From Candidatus Methanomethylicia archaeon (GTDB lineage Archaea > Thermoproteota > Methanomethylicia > CALHIW01), in contig JAWBQF010000008.1 in the NCBI GenBank assembly GCA_038845975.1, positions 29,673 through 93,672 on the forward strand: a stretch of DNA of 64,000 nucleotides. The letters run 5' to 3'. The translations under genes and the position numbers were made by a program. Position 1 is the stretch's first letter. The number at the start of each line of letters is the position of its first letter. Positions 10,598-21,160 of this stretch are shown one piece after another. A model generated the notes under the pieces. It made no database searches and had not been told where the DNA came from. It saw only the letters and a program-made list of their open reading frames with translations.

Positions 10598-12142
10598 GTG
10601 TGGTGGTTTATAATGTCCTATATGCTTACATTACTAATCATGCTGCCGATTTCTATAGCCTTAATGTCCCCTCTCCTCTTAAAGTTTTTAGGTTATCGAG
10701 TAGTTGTTATTATTAACTCTATTTCCCTACTACTTCCTGGAGTTTTAGGTTTTACATATCTACTACTTATGGGGTCTAATACTGTTTTAATAGAGGTTTT
10801 ATGTGTGATTAAAGGTATTGGTACGTTTGCATTTCTACTAGACTACTTGAATCTACCTATTTTATTATCTATTTCGATTGTAACTGCTTCAGTATGTATT
10901 TACTCTATACCGTATATGAAGCATAGATTTAAGGAGATGCTTGATGAGGGGGAGGAAGCCCCAGGATGGAGTATTTACCTTATGCTCTATACATTGTTTT
11001 CATCTAGTATGCTTGGTATTGCTGCATCAACAAATATTATTGAATTCTACTTGTTCTTGGAGTTAAGTCTTATTCCCTCCTTCCTATTAATAGCTTTATA
11101 TGGTTATGGTGATAGGAGGAGAATAGCTTTAATGTATTTTGTATGGACTCATATTGGAGCTCAACTATTTCTTATAGGTTCACTAATATACGGTATGTCT
11201 ACTGGAAGCTTTGATTTTTATAGTGTTACTCTAGGTAGGCCACTAGTAGGTTTTGGAGAGTATTTACCGGGTAGATTAGCTGAAACTGCATCTATCCTTA
11301 TGGTTTTAGGATTATTCTTTAAAATGGCTGTTTTAGGAATGCATTTCTGGCTTCCATATGCTCATGCTCAAGCTCCAACCCCTGTATCAGCACTTCTATC
11401 ACCTAATCTAATAGGGCTTGCAGGCTATGGTATTTTAAGAATTGTTATTACGTTGTTTCCAAATATTACATATAGCTTCTCAACATCTTTAATGATTTTA
11501 TCCATTGCTACAATAATATATGGAGGTTTACTAGCTTTAAGACAGGATGATTTTAAACGTCTTCTAGCATACTCAAGCATATCTCAGATGGGCTATATTC
11601 TTCTAGGTATTTCAAGCTTTACAATTATAGGCTTTACTGGAGCTATTCTACATTATCTTTCACATGCTGTTGGTAAAGCCCTCTTATTCATGGCTGCAGG
11701 AGTATTTATAACTGAACATCACGGTTTAAGAAGCATATCTAGAATGGGTGGGTTTGCAGCTAGCTACCCATACCTCTTCGCATTAACACTCTTCGGGGTT
11801 ATGAGTTTAACAGGTCTCCCACCGTCAAGCTGCTTAATAAGTAAGTTCCTAATAATAGCAGGAATATCTTCAGTAATTATTAAAATGGGGTTAACATCAA
11901 TGATTATCCTTAGCATTGCAGTTATAGTAGGTATAGGGTTAACATTAGGATATACTTTCTGGACTATAAAGAGAATTTTCTTCGGACCTATAAGTCTTAA
12001 AAACCATACAAATACAAATCCATACTTTACCATAACAATGACTATTATAGCTCTTCTCGGACTAATTTCCTTCCTATATCCAAAACCATTCGTTGATTTC
12101 CTACAAACATACTTACAAAATATTCTTGGAGGACATGAATAA
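10598..12142 (+). CDS. Second proton-conducting antiporter subunit (MrpA'/MrpD, NuoM-like)
   Basis: FYLFLEL, HFWLPYAHAQAPTPVSA, KRLLAYSSISQMG. Confidence 0.85.
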   Translation: MWWFIMSYMLTLLIMLPISIALMSPLLLKFLGYRVVVIINSISLLLPGVLGFTYLLLMGSNTVLIEVLCVIKGIGTFAFLLDYLNLPILLSISIVTASVCIYSIPYMKHRFKEMLDEGEEAPGWSIYLMLYTLFSSSMLGIAASTNIIEFYLFLELSLIPSFLLIALYGYGDRRRIALMYFVWTHIGAQLFLIGSLIYGMSTGSFDFYSVTLGRPLVGFGEYLPGRLAETASILMVLGLFFKMAVLGMHFWLPYAHAQAPTPVSALLSPNLIGLAGYGILRIVITLFPNITYSFSTSLMILSIATIIYGGLLALRQDDFKRLLAYSSISQMGYILLGISSFTIIGFTGAILHYLSHAVGKALLFMAAGVFITEHHGLRSISRMGGFAASYPYLFALTLFGVMSLTGLPPSSCLISKFLIIAGISSVIIKMGLTSMIILSIAVIVGIGLTLGYTFWTIKRIFFGPISLKNHTNTNPYFTITMTIIALLGLISFLYPKPFVDFLQTYLQNILGGHE

Positions 12143-12210
12143 AACCAGGTAATTACTCCTAAATAGGCTTACTGAAATCTACAATTGAAATGCTTTGATA
12201 CTTTACGAAT

Positions 12211-12692
12211 TTAGCTTGAACCAGCCTCTATGAGAGATACTATGGGGAGTTCTAGTTCCTCCATTCTATCAAGCATTTCCTTCTCCAGATTTAGGAAGAT
12301 TGCTTTTACTTGGAGCTTTACCGCTATAGCTATTACATAACATTCTGGTAGAGCTGTTCCAAGCTTTTTCTAAGTTCCTAAACTTTAACAGCTATATCTG
12401 GCATTATCTCTACTGTTTTAACTTTCATGGTAAGCCATTTAATGAAGTTCAAAGCCTCATCCTCGAGTTTTTCAATACCTGCCAACTCATAGATTCTAGA
12501 CACTATATACGTAAGCTCTGAGATTGTAATGGGAGTTATATAGAGTTCTATTTTTTCTACTGATTTCTGCAACTACTATTGTGGGTGTTGCTGAATTCCT
12601 CTCCTCAATGTAGTCTTTCACAGTAGCTCCCTCACTAGACCCTATAAAATACTTCATCCATGCATGTGAGTCTATTATAAAATCATAACTCA
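12211..12692 (-). pseudogene. Disrupted PIN-domain (VapC-like) toxin remnants
   Basis: Frame pieces FIIDSHAWMKYFIGS...TPTIVVAEISRK and YITPITISEL...DIAVKV*...LGTALPECYVIAIA; in-frame TAG at 12378-12380 plus frameshifts. Confidence 0.65.
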
Positions 12693-12698
12693 GGAGCT

Positions 12699-12881
12699 CT
12701 ATCTCATCTTCCCTCTGAATAGAGTTAAATTCGGATTTGAGCCGAATAGGGAATTTTGAACTCTATACTTTTCACTCACCATGATTCTTATAAGTTCATC
12801 ATAAGTTTTAACATTCATCCTCTTCATCAATTCCTTCAAAATCCCTACTGTCCTCCTACTAACCTGTATTGTTGTTTTCAT
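12699..12881 (-). CDS. VapB-like antitoxin (possibly C-terminally frameshifted)
   Basis: MKTTIQVSRRT...KTYDELIR...SLFGS, immediately upstream of the PIN remnant; ATG at 12881. Confidence 0.65.
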   Translation of the reverse strand: MKTTIQVSRRTVGILKELMKRMNVKTYDELIRIMVSEKYRVQNSLFGSNPNLTLFRGKMR

Positions 12882-13789
12882 AATATAGCTATACTTAAAC
12901 ATTTCGAACATCATTAATATAGCATTAATTCTAATGTTACTCATAATTTTGATTATAATGAAATTTTCCAATTCACTATATTATTTTGAGTTACTGCTGA
13001 ATTGCAGTCTTAGTTTTAATTACTAAATACTATATGGAAAGCATTAAGACTTTCCTAAGAATGAAAGCTGGAGTCATATGCAATATGTCTATTACTAATC
13101 TTAACCTATTAGCTACATCTATAGAAGAAAGGCTTAATGAATTCTACTTATTTAAACATCATGAATAGTAAGAGTAATTCAAGTAGTTTACAGTAAGTTT
13201 ATTATTAGTTTTCCTAATAACTCCTCTACATAATCTATGTATTGTCTACTTTCAATTTCTACCCTTCTAATCGCCTCTACCCCATATCTCCCATTAAAGA
13301 AGCATTTTATATATAGTATATTCCCTAGCCATAAATCTACTTCTAAACATAGTTTCACCCTACTACTTAAACTCTCAAGTACAATTCTCTCCTGCTTATA
13401 CATTCCTATCTCTCTCTAAACCTTAAATAACATAAGAGCTGTTACTACCGAACTATAACCATGATTTTCAGCAGTATCCTACATAATCCTCTTTCCTCCT
13501 AAGTCTTCTTTCAAGGCAGGACTGAAATCTACTAGATATTCAATAAATGTCTTATACCGCTACTCATAAATGCAGTCTCATAATAGCAAGTTTAAATTTT
13601 ACTTAAAGATATTTTGAATGATGCTTTATATATTAAGTTGTTTTAAAGCATTCTTATAGTAGATTAAACCACTATTTTACCTAATAATCCACCAAAGCAT
13701 TCTACATATTTACTCATAAACTCTTGTTTCAATTAATATTCTAATAGGGAATTGCTTGTATTAATGCATCTGATATTATAATTTTTATC

Positions 13790-14509
13790 GGCTTTGTTAA
13801 CTTAAGCATGTTTTATCACCTCTATTTTGGCTTTGTTTTCTATGAATTCCTTAGCTTTTATTTTCCTGTTAATCCATGTTTGTTTAGTATGTATGCTATT
13901 TACTTCATAAGCATTAATGTATGTTCATTACCGCATTTATCCTTCATGCATGGTATGTAGTTATCGAATACTCTAGTTCTATCCTTAACATACTGTATTA
14001 TTCTCTCCATTAGTTCTAACCTCTAAACTATATAATTCATGTTTTAATTTTAATATTTTACTGCTTTATAAGTATTGAGCTCCATCACTTAATACAGCTA
14101 TATTTGAACCGTAAATAGCTCTAATCTTTTAAGGAATGTTAGAGATGTAAGCATGTTGCAACATCACAAACCCATACATATAGAATCCTTCTTAATAATG
14201 GCTCAAACACAACATAAACAATCTTCCTCATAGACCCCACATTAATAATAGTATCATCAACCATAAAATCTAACATCCCCCCTATCAAACTCAAATAGGA
14301 AGCTTAAGATAAACCACGATAATATAGATACATAACCTAAAACAATGAAGCTTAAAATATCTGAAGCCATTCTAGAAGAACGGAAATATATAAGCAATAA
14401 ACAACTAGAGTAAATGAGGGTTCTCTCCCTACAAACCTAACAACTTTAGACATACTAACACCATAAATAAGGGAGAGAACTCCCAAATAAATCTAAAGTT
14501 AACAAAGCC
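13790..14509 (-). mobile_element. Defective IS6-family element, copy A (720 bp)
   Basis: Terminal inverted repeats GGCTTTGTTAACTT ... AAGTTAACAAAGCC; frameshifted DDE transposase pieces (VDDTII, SDGAQY, MERIIQYVKDRT). Confidence 0.85.
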
Positions 14510-14561
14510 GCTAATAGTCAAGTAAGATTTATATGTGGGAATTACAATATAGATTGGTGAT

Positions 14562-15083
14562 TTGATGGGTAGACTTAATGGTAAGAAGGTGGCTTTTCTA
14601 ATTGCAGATATGACTCATGATGAAGAGTATAGTTTTCCGAAATACTGGCTTGCATGGGAGGGAGCTAAAGTAGTTACTATAGGCTTAAGTAAGCAACATA
14701 TCTCAAGATTTAATAGATCTTTAACTGCAGATTTAACTATAAGTGATGCAAAAGCTGATGACTATGATGCTGTAGTAATTCCTGGTGGATTTGGTCCAGA
14801 TAGGCTTAGAGCTAATAAGGAGGTTATTAAGTTTGTTAGGGAAATGATGGAGAAGGGGAAAATTATTGCAGCTATATGTCACGGTCCTCAAGTACTTATT
14901 TCAGCAAACATTATTAAAGATCGAAAACTAACATGCGTAGAACAAATAGCTATAGATGTAATTAATGCTGGAGGAAACTATTTAAATGAACCTGTTGTGA
15001 TTGATGGAAACTTAATAACATCAAGACATCCAGAAGACCTACCAGCATTTACAACATCAATAATAGAGGCATTATTAAAATAA
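14562..15083 (+). CDS. PfpI/DJ-1 family protease/deglycase (type 1 glutamine amidotransferase-like)
   Basis: YDAVVIPGG, AAICHGP, VVIDGNLITSRHPEDL. Confidence 0.9.
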   Translation: MMGRLNGKKVAFLIADMTHDEEYSFPKYWLAWEGAKVVTIGLSKQHISRFNRSLTADLTISDAKADDYDAVVIPGGFGPDRLRANKEVIKFVREMMEKGKIIAAICHGPQVLISANIIKDRKLTCVEQIAIDVINAGGNYLNEPVVIDGNLITSRHPEDLPAFTTSIIEALLK

Positions 15084-15155
15084 TAAATATATTTTCATTC
15101 ACTACTATATTAAGCTGCTTCCAACCATGTTTTAGAAAATCAATTTAGGTAATAT

Positions 15156-16061
15156 ATGAGTGTAAGTAGAATTGTTTTAGCTATCATAATTATTTCACTA
15201 CTACTATATTTTAGCTATACTATGTTAGGACGGGTACATATAGTTTATATTGCAACAACTACAAGCATAAAGGATACTGGACTTCTTGATGTAATAATAC
15301 CTCGATTTGAGGAATACATGGCGAAGCTAGGATACAGTGTTGATTTGAGATGTTTAGCTGTTGGTTCTGGGCAGGCAATCGAAATGGGTAAAAGAGGAGA
15401 TGTAGACATAATTATAGTTCACGCTCCAGATCTTGAAAGAAAATTTATGAATGATGGATATGGCATATGTAGAAGGATAATCGCATATAACTTCTTCATA
15501 GTTGCAGGTCCTAAAAATGATTTATTAAACATATCAAACACCTCTACTATAGAGGAGGCGTTTAGAAGAATATTTAACGCCGGTATTAAGGGAGAGGCTA
15601 AATTTATTTCTAGAGGAGATAATTCAGGAACAAACCTGAAGGAAATGGAGATATGGAGATTAGCGGGTATAGACCCAAAAAGGTATTCAGGTGGGTGGTA
15701 TATAGAGAGTGGAAAGGGTATGGGTGATACACTTCTAATAGCTGAAAACATTAATGGATATACGTTAACAGATATTAGTACATGGCTTAGATTCAGAGAT
15801 AAACTACAGCATCTAGAAGTGCTTATTGAAGCTTCTGAAAAGCTTCTAAATGTGTACAGTGTTATCATAGTTAGAAATACTAAAAACATTGATATAGCAA
15901 TGGAATTCATGAAGTTTCTAAGTAGGGAGGGGCAGGAAATCATTGGTAGCTATGGAGTGGAGAAGTATGGTCAGTCTCTCTTCAAACCAATAAGCTTAGC
16001 TGATAATAGAGTTCTACAATGGATTAAGGAGATGAATATAGATTTTGAATCTAGCTGTTAA
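15156..16061 (+). CDS. tupA: Tungstate ABC transporter substrate-binding protein
   Basis: ATTTSIKDTGLL (TTTS motif), AVGSGQA, VHAP, FISRGDNSGT; N-terminal membrane anchor. Confidence 0.88.
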   Translation: MSVSRIVLAIIIISLLLYFSYTMLGRVHIVYIATTTSIKDTGLLDVIIPRFEEYMAKLGYSVDLRCLAVGSGQAIEMGKRGDVDIIIVHAPDLERKFMNDGYGICRRIIAYNFFIVAGPKNDLLNISNTSTIEEAFRRIFNAGIKGEAKFISRGDNSGTNLKEMEIWRLAGIDPKRYSGGWYIESGKGMGDTLLIAENINGYTLTDISTWLRFRDKLQHLEVLIEASEKLLNVYSVIIVRNTKNIDIAMEFMKFLSREGQEIIGSYGVEKYGQSLFKPISLADNRVLQWIKEMNIDFESSC

Positions 16062-16703
16062 CTACTTGAATACTCCATCCTCCATATATAGGATTTTAGT
16101 ATTAAACATTTGAGCTTCAGGTAGGTAATGTGTTACATATATAATTGTTTTACTTCCTAAAAGCTCCTTTAAAATCCTCAATACAATCTCTCTACTTTCA
16201 CCATCTAAATTAGCTGTAGGCTCATCTAGGAGGAGGATACGGGGATTACATGCTAAAGCTCTAGCAAGCATAACTCTCTTCCTAAAACCTGTAGAAAGGC
16301 TTAAAGCATTCCTATCAAGTACGTTTTTCAGCTTAAACTGTTCAGCTAAAACCTCAACTACACCTCTAACATTACCCTCCCTAACACCTAAAGCAATATT
16401 TTTATAAACAGACATATTAAACACTATAGGCTCCTGAAAAACCATGGTTACATCACCTCTAAGCCTTAATGCATTATTCCAGCTACTTGTAGTATCAGTT
16501 CCAAATAGGATAAGTCTACCATCATCAGGCTTTTCAAGTAAAGCTATAATTCTTAATAGTGTTGTTTTACCAGCACCGTTAGGACCCATTATAACAGTAA
16601 ACTCACCATCCCTAACCTCAAAGCTTACACCTTTAATAACCTCAATCCTGCCATTACTTGTACTGTAAGATTTTCTTAGATTAATTGCTCTAATAGCAAT
16701 CAA
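16062..16703 (-). CDS. tupC: Tungstate ABC transporter ATP-binding subunit
   Basis: GPNGAGKT, LSTG signature variant, LLLDEPT; linked to tupB. Confidence 0.8.
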   Translation of the reverse strand: MIAIRAINLRKSYSTSNGRIEVIKGVSFEVRDGEFTVIMGPNGAGKTTLLRIIALLEKPDDGRLILFGTDTTSSWNNALRLRGDVTMVFQEPIVFNMSVYKNIALGVREGNVRGVVEVLAEQFKLKNVLDRNALSLSTGFRKRVMLARALACNPRILLLDEPTANLDGESREIVLRILKELLGSKTIIYVTHYLPEAQMFNTKILYMEDGVFK

Positions 16704-17368
16704 AAAACCACCCTTCTAGCAATAATTCTTCCAGTAATAATAAATGTTAATATCGTAATTAGGGATATAATGAGGAGAAATATAAAGCCGAGAATTAATG
16801 CAAAACTCCAGTTACCAAGTCCAGTTTCAAAGGCTATAGCTGTTGTAATAACTCTAGTCTTAAATCTTATATCGCCACCAAGCATAAGTGCAACTCCAAG
16901 CTCACCAATAGCTCTATTAAACCCAGCCATTATCGAAGCTATAATACCCCTTATAGAGTAGGATATAACAACAAGATTAGCTTTCCACTCACTTAAACCT
17001 AATGTTAAAGCTGCATCCTTTATTTTCGGATCAATACTTTCCACAGCACCTATAACAAAACTAATAATTAATGGAGTAATTAGTAGTGCTTGACCAATAA
17101 TAATTGCATTAACAGTATATAGTAGATTAAGCCAACCTAAAGGTCCAGAACGGGTAAGTAACAAATACAATATAAGCCCCTCAAGAACTGTTGGAAATCC
17201 TATTAAGCTATTAAATATTGAGGTTAATACATATCTACCCCGAAATCTCCTTAATGCAAGTATAAGACCTAAAGGTATAGACCATGTTGAGGCAGTTAAT
17301 GTAGCTAATCCAGCCACATAAATGCTTCTAGAAACAATATCTACAATTTCCCAATACATTGAAATCAA
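16700..17368 (-). CDS. tupB: Tungstate ABC transporter permease
   Basis: PTVLEGL..Y...RSGPLG, GFNRAIGELG, GGDIRFKTRVITTAI. Confidence 0.85.
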   Translation of the reverse strand: MISMYWEIVDIVSRSIYVAGLATLTASTWSIPLGLILALRRFRGRYVLTSIFNSLIGFPTVLEGLILYLLLTRSGPLGWLNLLYTVNAIIIGQALLITPLIISFVIGAVESIDPKIKDAALTLGLSEWKANLVVISYSIRGIIASIMAGFNRAIGELGVALMLGGDIRFKTRVITTAIAFETGLGNWSFALILGFIFLLIISLITILTFIITGRIIARRVVF

Positions 17369-17802
17369 ATCAACAAATACTAGAATTATTTAATAGTTTC
17401 GCTTAATAAAGGGTTTAGAGAAACATAAGCTATTAATTGTGATCATTAACTATAGCCATAATATTGAATCTGGAAGTATGTAGCTACACCATGCTTAAAC
17501 TATACTCTACATACTAATTTCATTACGGATTCATTAATAGTAACATAACATGTACTTTACGTAGTACACATCATACTTACCTTAACTATTCTTTAAGTAG
17601 ATAAACTTATGAACTTTTACCTATTCATATTAGGAGTGACTTAACCATATTTAAATTCTAATCCTAGCTAATAGATATTACTGGCTAGAATGAGGATTAA
17701 GCTAGCTTCTATACAATTGAGCTTAGAAACCTAGGTTTGGCTGCCCAGATCAATGAGTGGAGGGTAAAATTTTGGATATAAGAGGTATTATTACTTTATA
17801 AA

Positions 17803-19104
17803 TTAGCCAATTAGAATGTAGAAGATGTAGTGTAGCAATTCTCCGAATGCTACAGCTATAACAGTATATGGTACTCCAAGCTTCATAAACTCTAGAAGAG
17901 AAACCTTCCTTTCATTTCTCTCAATTATACCTACACCAACAGCATTAGCTGCCGCACCAATATATGTACAGTTACCTCCAAGGCTTCCACCTAGTAGTAG
18001 TGCCCACATTAAGGTATATACATTCATACCTGACATTTCTGATAGCTTAATTACTAGGGGAATCATTGTTGCAAAGTATGGAATATTATCAATAAAACCT
18101 GAAAGAAGAACTGAAATCCATATCAGAACTGCTGAAGTTAAGATGATGTTTACACCGCATAACTCATAGATTTTCAAGGATAATAGATTAATAAATCCTG
18201 TTTCGGCAAGTCCTCCAGTAATAACGAATACAGATGATATGAAGACTATTGTTTTCCAGTCAACCCCCTCAATAAACGGCTTTAAAATGTTTCCGCTGAA
18301 TATTCGAAGTATCGAAATTATTGAGGCGCCAAGTAATGGTGGAAACCACATGGGAATATTGTAGATATTCCTAATACTAAGGAGGAATATGGTTAAAATA
18401 AATATGACTAAAACCTCAACGATGAGAATTTTATCCTTAATATATTGTTTCTCATCAAGCTTCAAAGTTTCCGCTACTAATCTTATAGATTTAAAGTATT
18501 TCCTAGCTGTAATCTTAAGAGTAAATGCGGCGATTGGGCATGCAGCCATTATAAGGAAAAACATGCTTGGTCTACCATTAAAAACTATGAAATCTATGAA
18601 GTTAAGATTTAAAGCTGAAGCAACCATCATGCTTGGAGGGTCGCCGATCATTAATGCAGCGCCTACAAGATTTGAACCTAAGGAAACGCCAATAACATAG
18701 GGCACTATACTAACACCTAAAGTCCTAGCAACACTTATAGCTATTGGGGAAATTAGAATTGTTGTCGAAACATTATCTAGAATAGCTGAAATTAGGGAGC
18801 CTACACTGGAAAACATTATAAGCATATTAATAGGATTGGAGCCTACAGCCTTAATAAGCTTGATTGAGAGCCATCCGGCAATTCCGGATTTTTCAAGGTA
18901 ATAGGTTATTACAGCCATCCCGACGAGAAGACCTACAACATTAAAGTCTAGATAGCTGAAAGCCTCATATGGAGTTAAAATGCCTAGAAGCATTAGAAGA
19001 ATGGAGGAAGCTAATCCTATATAGGCTCTATGTATTTTACCCCACGCAATAAAAGCAAATGTAGCTATAAAGATAACTACAGCTATACTCATCTTATCAA
19101 GCAT
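17803..19104 (-). CDS. ArsB/NhaD (SLC13/P-protein-like) ion transporter
   Basis: LDNVST, IGDPPSM, GFIDNIP, GGNCTYIGAAAN; many TM segments. Confidence 0.85.
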   Translation of the reverse strand: MLDKMSIAVVIFIATFAFIAWGKIHRAYIGLASSILLMLLGILTPYEAFSYLDFNVVGLLVGMAVITYYLEKSGIAGWLSIKLIKAVGSNPINMLIMFSSVGSLISAILDNVSTTILISPIAISVARTLGVSIVPYVIGVSLGSNLVGAALMIGDPPSMMVASALNLNFIDFIVFNGRPSMFFLIMAACPIAAFTLKITARKYFKSIRLVAETLKLDEKQYIKDKILIVEVLVIFILTIFLLSIRNIYNIPMWFPPLLGASIISILRIFSGNILKPFIEGVDWKTIVFISSVFVITGGLAETGFINLLSLKIYELCGVNIILTSAVLIWISVLLSGFIDNIPYFATMIPLVIKLSEMSGMNVYTLMWALLLGGSLGGNCTYIGAAANAVGVGIIERNERKVSLLEFMKLGVPYTVIAVAFGELLHYIFYILIG

Positions 19105-19151
19105 AAGTATCCGAAAATACGGGAATATATAAGCTTTTTTAGAAGTAGGGG

Positions 19152-19824
19152 GGCTTTGTTAACTTAAGCATGTTTTATCACATCTATTTTTGGTATTATG
19201 TTTTCTATGAATTCCTTAGCTTTTATTTTCCTGTTAATCCATGTTTCGTTCAGTATGTATATTATTGATTTTATAAGCATTAATGCATGTTCACCATCAC
19301 ATCTATCCTTCATACAAGGTATGTAGTTATCGAATAGCTTAGTTCTATCCTTAACATACTGTATTATTCTCTCCATTAGATTCTTAACCTCTAAACTATA
19401 TCATGTTTTAATTTTAATATTTTACATGATGCTTTATAATAATGAGTACCATCACTTAATACAACTATATTCCATAGATAGCTCTAATTTTCTTAAGGAA
19501 TGTTAGAGATGTAAGCATGTTGCAACATCACAAACCCATATGTAGAGAATCCTCCTCAATAATGGCTCAAACGCAACGTAAACAACCTTACTCTTAGAAC
19601 CTACACTTATAATAGTATCATCAACCACAATCCTAACATCCCTCCTATCAAATTCAAATAGGAAGCTTAAGATAAACCACGATAATATAGATACATAACC
19701 TAAAACAATGAAGCACCATAACAACTAGAGTAAATGGAGTCCCCCCTAACAAATCTAACAACTTTAACCATAATTCACCATAAATGGGGGAGAACTCCCA
19801 AATAAATCTAAAGTTAACAAAGCC
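19152..19824 (-). mobile_element. Defective IS6-family element, copy B, with 8-bp target-site duplication
   Basis: Same 14-bp TIRs as copy A; flanked by AGTAGGGG at 19144-19151 and 19825-19832; ORF fragments 19164..19376 and 19503..19724. Confidence 0.9.
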
Positions 19825-19827
19825 AGT

Positions 19828-19962
19828 AGGGGCGTGTCCAAAAATTCCTTTAGCCCCATCAAACCTGAGACCCCGCGTCCCAGTCCTAAGTCCTCCAACT
19901 CATCCTAAAGCATGGAAGAGGAGGAGGCTTTCCATGGAGTGGGCGATTTTTAAACACGCCCT
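19828..19962. mobile_element. ~135-bp GC-rich MITE
   Basis: Imperfect TIRs AGGGGCGTGTCCAAAAAT / ATTTTTAAACACGCCCT; TAGAAGT occurs on both sides once the IS6 insertion is removed. Confidence 0.65.
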
Positions 19963-20210
19963 TAGAAGTGGAGCGTAGTACTTTATCTGTTAAGCTATAT
20001 CTACTGTAATGCATGGTCAGGCTCATAATATGTATCAATTTTTAAGTCTATTTTTAGGTATTGCTTCTTAACTTTCCTGATTTATGATGGAAATATAGAT
20101 TGAAGAAAATTTAAATAAGTAATACGATTAGGAATTATGAATTGGATAACTAACCATTTCAAGCTTGTTTAACTTTGAAGCATGGTTTCCTAGTAAATTA
20201 TCATCTATTA

Positions 20211-21122
20211 TTAACCTCCTATTTTAACGTAGAATCCAAGATTTTCAATTTTTTCCTTAATCCATATTAGCTTCTCTTTCGATGGTGTATTGCGAATTGG
20301 CATTTTATACTTAATTCCTAAGTGGCGATATTTTTCCTCTACATCATGGAATGGAAGAATATCCACTTCCTCAACTCCTTTTATTAATGATAAAAATTCT
20401 AGGAGATTAACTATGTTCTCCTCAGTATCTGTAATTGTTGGAATAACTGGAAAGCGAACTATTACCTTCGCTCCTTCTGCTAGTAGAAATTTTAGATTTT
20501 CCTTAATTATTTTGTTTGAGACACCTGTATACTTTTTATGATCCTCATCATTAACTAGTTTTAAATCGTATAGAAAAAGGTCAACGTAAGACATAATAGA
20601 CTCCAATATACTTCTTGAGGTGTATCCCGAGGTTTCTAGGCAAGTATGAATATTAAGCTCTACACACTTCCTTAATGTTTCTCTTAGGAATTCAGGTTGG
20701 AAAAGAGGCTCTCCACCTGAAAAAGTTACGCCTCCATTAGAGGAATCGTATATTAGAACGTCTCTCTCCAATTCCTTTACTAGCTCTTCTACACTTATTT
20801 TTCTTCCTACTAGCTTTAAGGCTCCTGTAGGGCAGGCTTCCATGCATATTCTACATTCTAAACATTTATCCCTATCAATATGGTGCCTATCATACTCATT
20901 AATTGTTATTGCATTTATGGGGCAGGCATGAATACATTTATGGCAGTGAATACATTTATACTCAAAATATACGAGTTGGGGATTAGATAGTATTCCCTCA
21001 GGATTCTGACACCACCAACATCTAAGAGGACAGCCCTTAAGAAATACGAGAGTTCTTATTCCAGGACCATCGTGAATAGCGTATCTCTGTATGTCAAAAA
21101 TCATTCCTTCCATTTCTACCAC
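20211..21122 (-). CDS. Glycyl-radical enzyme activating protein (radical SAM with ferredoxin insert)
   Basis: HDGPGIRT, CPLRCWWC, two extra CxxCxxCxxxCP motifs, SGGEP; adjacent to the GRE. Confidence 0.95.
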   Translation of the reverse strand: MVEMEGMIFDIQRYAIHDGPGIRTLVFLKGCPLRCWWCQNPEGILSNPQLVYFEYKCIHCHKCIHACPINAITINEYDRHHIDRDKCLECRICMEACPTGALKLVGRKISVEELVKELERDVLIYDSSNGGVTFSGGEPLFQPEFLRETLRKCVELNIHTCLETSGYTSRSILESIMSYVDLFLYDLKLVNDEDHKKYTGVSNKIIKENLKFLLAEGAKVIVRFPVIPTITDTEENIVNLLEFLSLIKGVEEVDILPFHDVEEKYRHLGIKYKMPIRNTPSKEKLIWIKEKIENLGFYVKIGG

Positions 21123-21160
21123 AGAGGTAAGCTAAGATTTTATTTAATATTGAGTTATGG

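Noticed and set aside
6358-12142. Membrane-bound hydrogenase (Mbh/Ech) operon
   Set aside because: No NiFe large/small subunit or NuoH/I-like genes follow; the operon ends at 12142.
12378-12380. Pyrrolysine read-through of the in-frame TAG in the PIN gene
   Set aside because: A frameshift follows within a few codons, so ordinary pseudogene decay explains it.
13188-13560. Possible PaREP1/HEPN-like gene relic
   Set aside because: It looks coding-like but is broken, with no motif I can assign confidently.
17680-17765. Possible C/D sRNA in the tupB / transporter spacer
   Set aside because: Boxes are too degenerate (ATGAGGA, no clear CTGA) to support a call.
13790-19824. Composite transposon of IS6 copies A and B carrying pfpI, tupABC and the ArsB/NhaD transporter
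   Set aside because: Copy B has its own 8-bp target duplication and no shared duplication flanks the pair, so independent insertions are more likely.
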